Assembly (NCBI GenBank): GCA_965218795.1
Contig: OZ244653.1
Coordinates: forward strand, 3,744,001 to 3,808,000
Source: a bacterium
GTDB lineage: Bacteria; UBA8248; JACPRG01; G963555815
DNA: 64,000 nucleotides
Reading direction: 5' to 3'
In this document: piece after piece, positions 59,999 through 64,000 of the stretch
How the letters are laid out: the number at the start of each line of letters is the position of its first letter
Numbering within the stretch: the stretch's first letter is position 1
Notes under the pieces: model-generated
The model's database searches: none
Told to the model about the DNA's origin: nothing
Seen by the model: only the letters and a program-made list of their open reading frames with translations
Program-made: the position numbers and the translations under genes

Positions 59999-62302
59999 AT
60001 GAGTGAGACCGCCTTCACGTTTTTGGGGAAACCCCATCCGATGGTTGACGCCCCGGCGAAGGTTCGCGGGGAAGCCGACTACGCGCCCGACATCGTTCTG
60101 CCCGGAATGTTGATCGGCAAGGTGCTTCGGAGCCCCATCCCCCACGGTCGCATCCAGAAGCTGGACGTCTCCCGCGCGCGAAGCCTGCCCGGCGTCAAGT
60201 CGGTCCTGACATGGGATGACATCCCGCAGATCAAGTGGGGTCACGAGAACAACGACCAGACGGCATTGGCGGCAGGCAAAGTCCGGTATGTGGGGGAGGA
60301 GGTGGCGGCGGTCGCCGCCGTCGACGAGGCCACCGCACTGGAAGCCCTGGAACTGATCGATGTGGAGTACGAGCCGCTGCCGTTCGTTCTCGATCAAGTC
60401 GAGGCGCTGGAACCGGGGGCTCCGCTCATCAACGAGGACTGGCCGGGAAATCTCGCCTGGGAGACGCGGGTCGAGCGCGGCGATATGGACAAGGGTTGGT
60501 CGGAGGCCTCCGCCGTCTATGAGGATGTCTACCGGACCACCAACCAGTCTCAAGCGTTCATGGAGCCCATCGGAAGCGTGGCCGACGTCGACCATTTGGG
60601 AAAGGTGACCGTCTGGGCGAGCTGCCAGTCGATCTATTTTGCGCGGGCCCGCATCGCCAAGGTGCTGGGCGTGCCCGAATCCCGGGTACGGGTGATTCAG
60701 CCGTTTGTCGGCGGCGGCTTCGGGGGGAAGCTCAACGATGACCCCAACGCGCAGATCGGCGCCCTGCTGGCGATTGCCTCGGGAAAACCCGTCAAGCTCT
60801 GCAACACCCGTACGGATGAGTTCCTGGGCAGCCGCCCGCGCCTGCCGACTGTCATTCGGGTCAAGATGGGCGTCCGACAGAACGGGACGCTTTGCGCCAA
60901 GGAGACCGACATCGTCGCCAGCGCGGGGGCCTGTACCGGCCGGAGCGCGAAGATCATGAACGTGACGTCCATGCGAATCGACAACGCCTACCGTCAGCAG
61001 AACCTTCGGACACGGGCCCGTCTGGCGTATACGAACCGGTTGCCGACCGGCGCTTACCGGGGGCTTGGCAACCCGCAGATGATCTTCCCGTTCGAGTCCG
61101 CTCTGGATCACCTGGCCGAGCAGATCGGAATGGACCCAGTGGAAATTCGTCTGGTCAACGCCATTCGGGAGGGGGAGACGAGTATCCACGGCTGGAAGAT
61201 GAGCAGTTGTGGATTGACCGACTGCATCGATTTCGTGGCCAAAGAAAGCGGAATTCGGCAACGGCGAAATCGCGGCGGACTCAACGGCGTCAAGCGCCGG
61301 GGCGTCGGAATCGCCGACGCCATCCATGTCAGCGGCAACCGCCATTACACCAACTGGGACGGGGCCTCGGCCACCGTCAAGATGAATCAGGACGGCCGCG
61401 TCAACCTCATCATCGGAGAAGGCGATATCGGCCAGGGGGCCTCCACCGTCTTGTCCTTGATATGCGCCGAAGAGATGGGGCTCCGAATCCCGGACATTGA
61501 TGTCAGTCAACCCGACACGGATTTGACCCCCGTCTGTATGGGTGCTTTTGCCAGCCGGTTGACGATGGTGGCGGGGAACGCCGTCAAGAAGGCGGCGGCC
61601 GAGGCCAAGCGGCAGGTTCTGGAGGCGGCGGGTGAACTGTTGGAGGTGGACCCGGGGGATTTGGACATCCGGGAAGGCGTCGTGAGCGTCCAGGGCGCGC
61701 CGGATCGCAGGATCAGCGTTGCCGAAGTTTGCAAGGACGGACTGTTCCGCCAGGGCGGCCTGCCCATTTTGGTGACCACCGCTGTCGACAATCCGACGGA
61801 GATGGCCGACAAGAACCGCTACGGTAACGTTTCGCCCGGCTACACGTTTTGTTCCCAGGTGGCTGAGGTGGAGGTGGATACCGAGACCGGGCAGGTGAAA
61901 GTCCTGGGGTTTTGGGTGGCGGACGATGTGGGCCGGACGCTGAATCCGCTGACGGCGGAGGGACAGATCCAAGGCGCCGTGATGCAGGGATTGGGGTACG
62001 CCATGTACGAAGACTGGATCCTGGACGGCGGACGGGTGATCAACGGAAACTTCGCCGATTACACCCTGCCGAAGGCCGATTGTCTGCCTGACCGGGTCAC
62101 GAGCGCCTTGATCGAGAGCATTGAGCCCAACGGCCCTTATGGGGCGAAAGGGGCCTCGGAGACTGCTATCGATCCCGTTGCTGCGGCGATTGGCAACGCG
62201 ATTTATGACGCGGTTGGGGTCCGGCTCAGGTCGCAGCCGTTCACCCCGCAGAAAGTTCTGTCCGCGCTTCGAGCCTCGGATTCGAACGAGAGCGGGTCCT
62301 GA
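59999..62302 (+). CDS. Xanthine dehydrogenase family Mo-binding large subunit
   Basis: LRSPIPHGRI, GGGFGGK, AYRGLGNPQ, GAFASR, GQIQG, GAKGASE. Confidence 0.93.
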   Translation: MSETAFTFLGKPHPMVDAPAKVRGEADYAPDIVLPGMLIGKVLRSPIPHGRIQKLDVSRARSLPGVKSVLTWDDIPQIKWGHENNDQTALAAGKVRYVGEEVAAVAAVDEATALEALELIDVEYEPLPFVLDQVEALEPGAPLINEDWPGNLAWETRVERGDMDKGWSEASAVYEDVYRTTNQSQAFMEPIGSVADVDHLGKVTVWASCQSIYFARARIAKVLGVPESRVRVIQPFVGGGFGGKLNDDPNAQIGALLAIASGKPVKLCNTRTDEFLGSRPRLPTVIRVKMGVRQNGTLCAKETDIVASAGACTGRSAKIMNVTSMRIDNAYRQQNLRTRARLAYTNRLPTGAYRGLGNPQMIFPFESALDHLAEQIGMDPVEIRLVNAIREGETSIHGWKMSSCGLTDCIDFVAKESGIRQRRNRGGLNGVKRRGVGIADAIHVSGNRHYTNWDGASATVKMNQDGRVNLIIGEGDIGQGASTVLSLICAEEMGLRIPDIDVSQPDTDLTPVCMGAFASRLTMVAGNAVKKAAAEAKRQVLEAAGELLEVDPGDLDIREGVVSVQGAPDRRISVAEVCKDGLFRQGGLPILVTTAVDNPTEMADKNRYGNVSPGYTFCSQVAEVEVDTETGQVKVLGFWVADDVGRTLNPLTAEGQIQGAVMQGLGYAMYEDWILDGGRVINGNFADYTLPKADCLPDRVTSALIESIEPNGPYGAKGASETAIDPVAAAIGNAIYDAVGVRLRSQPFTPQKVLSALRASDSNESGS

Positions 62303-62317
62303 CCCCGAAGATCCGTC

Positions 62318-62944
62318 TCAAGGTGACGGCGGGACCGGCTGTATCTGAAAAACCTTCAGGCAGGCCTCGTAGTCCTCTTCCCGGTCGACATCCATCCGGA
62401 TAGCGGGATTTCCGACTTCCACGGTGGCCGTGGAATCCGGGTATTTTTGAAACATGGCCCGGGCTCCGGTGTCTCCGGTCAATGTGAGCAGTTCCCGGCG
62501 CAGATGGGCATCGACCAGAACCGGATTGCCTTGCTTGCCGGCACATGCGGGCGCGACCAGCAGCGGGTGGTCTTGGCGGTACCGCCCAAGCAGGCGGGTG
62601 ACGATGTCCGGGCCAACCAGCGGCTGGTCGCCCAGAAAGAATACAAAACATTCGCACCAGGGAGAGGCTTCGCGAACTCCGGTCTTCAGAGACGTCGCTT
62701 GGCCCATTTCGAAGTCCGGGTTGTGGACGGTCCGGACGGGCAGGTGGCGGATCGTCTCTTCGACGGCTTCGTGCTGATGGCCGGTCACGACAATCACTTC
62801 GTCCAGCGGGGAGGCCAGCGCGTTCTCCACCGCCCAAACGACAATGGGTTTGGGCCCCAATGGAAGGAGCAGCTTGTTGCGGCCGAGTCGACGAGAAAGC
62901 CCGGCGGCCAGGACAACTCCGCAGGGTCCGGATGAATCCACCAT
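62318..62944 (-). CDS. mocA: Molybdenum cofactor cytidylyltransferase
   Basis: LAAGLSRRLGRNKLLL, NPDF..GQATSL, LGDQP, GNPV, GDTGAR, DVD...DY. Confidence 0.85.
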   Translation of the reverse strand: MVDSSGPCGVVLAAGLSRRLGRNKLLLPLGPKPIVVWAVENALASPLDEVIVVTGHQHEAVEETIRHLPVRTVHNPDFEMGQATSLKTGVREASPWCECFVFFLGDQPLVGPDIVTRLLGRYRQDHPLLVAPACAGKQGNPVLVDAHLRRELLTLTGDTGARAMFQKYPDSTATVEVGNPAIRMDVDREEDYEACLKVFQIQPVPPSP

Positions 62945-63229
62945 AACGTCTCACCTCTCGATGCTTTCGCCCGCTCCGCTCTATCTCTACCCTCCGACAC
63001 TTCAAAGTCAACCGGGGAGACCGTGCGGAGTAAGAAAGCCGGCTTTGCGCCGCGTTCTCTCGACGACCTTATGATACAATCTTCTGTCGCAGATTCATCC
63101 AACAGCTTGAATCCTGCCGGGATCTCGATGGGTCTTCGCAGAGGCCCCGTCCGGATCATCCTTTTTGCGGCGACCCTCATGTACGCCCCTCCTTGTTGAA
63201 GACAAGGGCGAAGTTGTCAGGCCAGGCTG

Positions 63230-64000
63230 ATGAGCGCTTCAAGCAACCCAACTCCGGTGACCGCGGAAATCATCGCTGTCGGAACTGAAATCCTCCTGGG
63301 CGATCTGGTGGATACGAACTCCGTCTATCTTGCGGAGCAACTCCGGGGAATCGGCGTTCACCTGCATCTGAATACGGCCGTGGGCGACAATCTACAGCGC
63401 CTGACCGCAGCTATCGCCGAAGCCCATGAACGCGCGAATATCGTAATCACGTCTGGCGGGTTGGGTCCGACGGTGGACGATCTCACCCGTGAAGCCGTCG
63501 CCGCGGTCGCGGGCGTTCCTCTCGTATACAGCCAGGAGTTGATGAACCAGATCGAGGCGATCTTCACCCAGCGGGGCTTCACCATGAGTCCCAATAACCG
63601 GAAGCAGGCGTACATTCCAGAGGGCGCCGTGCCCATAGAGAACCCGGTCGGAACAGCCCCTTGCTTCATCGTGAAGGATGATCGAAGCGTCATCATCGTC
63701 TTGCCGGGCGTTCCCCGCGAATTGAAATTCCTGGTGGAGTCACGGGTGTTGCCTTACCTGCGCCGCGAATTTTCGTTGGGAGATTTCATCCGGGTTCGGG
63801 TTCTCAAGACCTGCGCCCTCGGAGAGAGCCAGGTCGACCATCTGATTCACGACTTGTTCGAATCCTCCCGCAATCCCACGATCGCTGTGCTCGCCCATCC
63901 CGGTCAAGTCGATGTACGGCTGACGGCCAAGGGGAGTGACTCTGGCGAGGTCGCCGGGATGCTCGACGATTTGGAGGCGCAGATACGGCAGCGGGTCGGC
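63230..64000 (+). CDS. cinA: Competence/damage-inducible protein A, partial (runs off window)
   Basis: Manual translation AEIIAVGTEILLGDLVDTNS...VGDN...SGGLGPTVDDLTRE...NPVGTAP...LPGVPRE; not in the ORF track. Confidence 0.92.
   Translation, partial: MSASSNPTPVTAEIIAVGTEILLGDLVDTNSVYLAEQLRGIGVHLHLNTAVGDNLQRLTAAIAEAHERANIVITSGGLGPTVDDLTREAVAAVAGVPLVYSQELMNQIEAIFTQRGFTMSPNNRKQAYIPEGAVPIENPVGTAPCFIVKDDRSVIIVLPGVPRELKFLVESRVLPYLRREFSLGDFIRVRVLKTCALGESQVDHLIHDLFESSRNPTIAVLAHPGQVDVRLTAKGSDSGEVAGMLDDLEAQIRQRVG

Overview
GC-rich bacterial chromosome segment. The style (branched-chain ABC transporter, several xanthine-dehydrogenase-family enzymes, Slam/TbpB-like surface proteins, dense palindromic repeats, decayed accessory genes) suggests an uncultured, possibly host- or sponge-associated lineage; that is a low-confidence inference. 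The left half (~2.4-31.7 kb) is an accessory region saturated with mosaic palindromic repeats (dRS3-like ATTCCC-N8-GGGAAT and CTCCCCC/GGGGGAG hairpins). It contains: three copies of a small His/Met-rich membrane protein; a BNR/YCF48-repeat protein; a HicA-like pair; a degenerate long-variable-arm tRNA with a TGG anticodon; a Slam outer-membrane translocon and its likely TbpB-like lipoprotein substrate, separated by a 487-bp-direct-repeat-bounded segment and a 389-bp tandem array; a DUF5678/retropepsin pair; an IS1-family remnant next to an uncharacterised three-gene module that has disrupted an inositol-lipid-like gene cluster; mutY; a decayed restriction-modification pair; a peptidoglycan-binding lytic enzyme; and a DUF3800 gene with an upstream three-way-junction RNA. 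The right half is mostly metabolic or housekeeping: a probable CxxU selenoprotein of the AhpD/CMD family, liv-type ABC genes, two more orphan Mo-hydroxylase large subunits (three in the window), CoxD/CoxE-like genes, a BMP protein, a Rieske oxygenase, gdhA, EVE, cyclophilin, a cold-shock protein, a ferritin-like/M24/RidA/M20 catabolic cluster, mocA and the start of cinA. All family assignments come from motif recognition by eye, not database searches.
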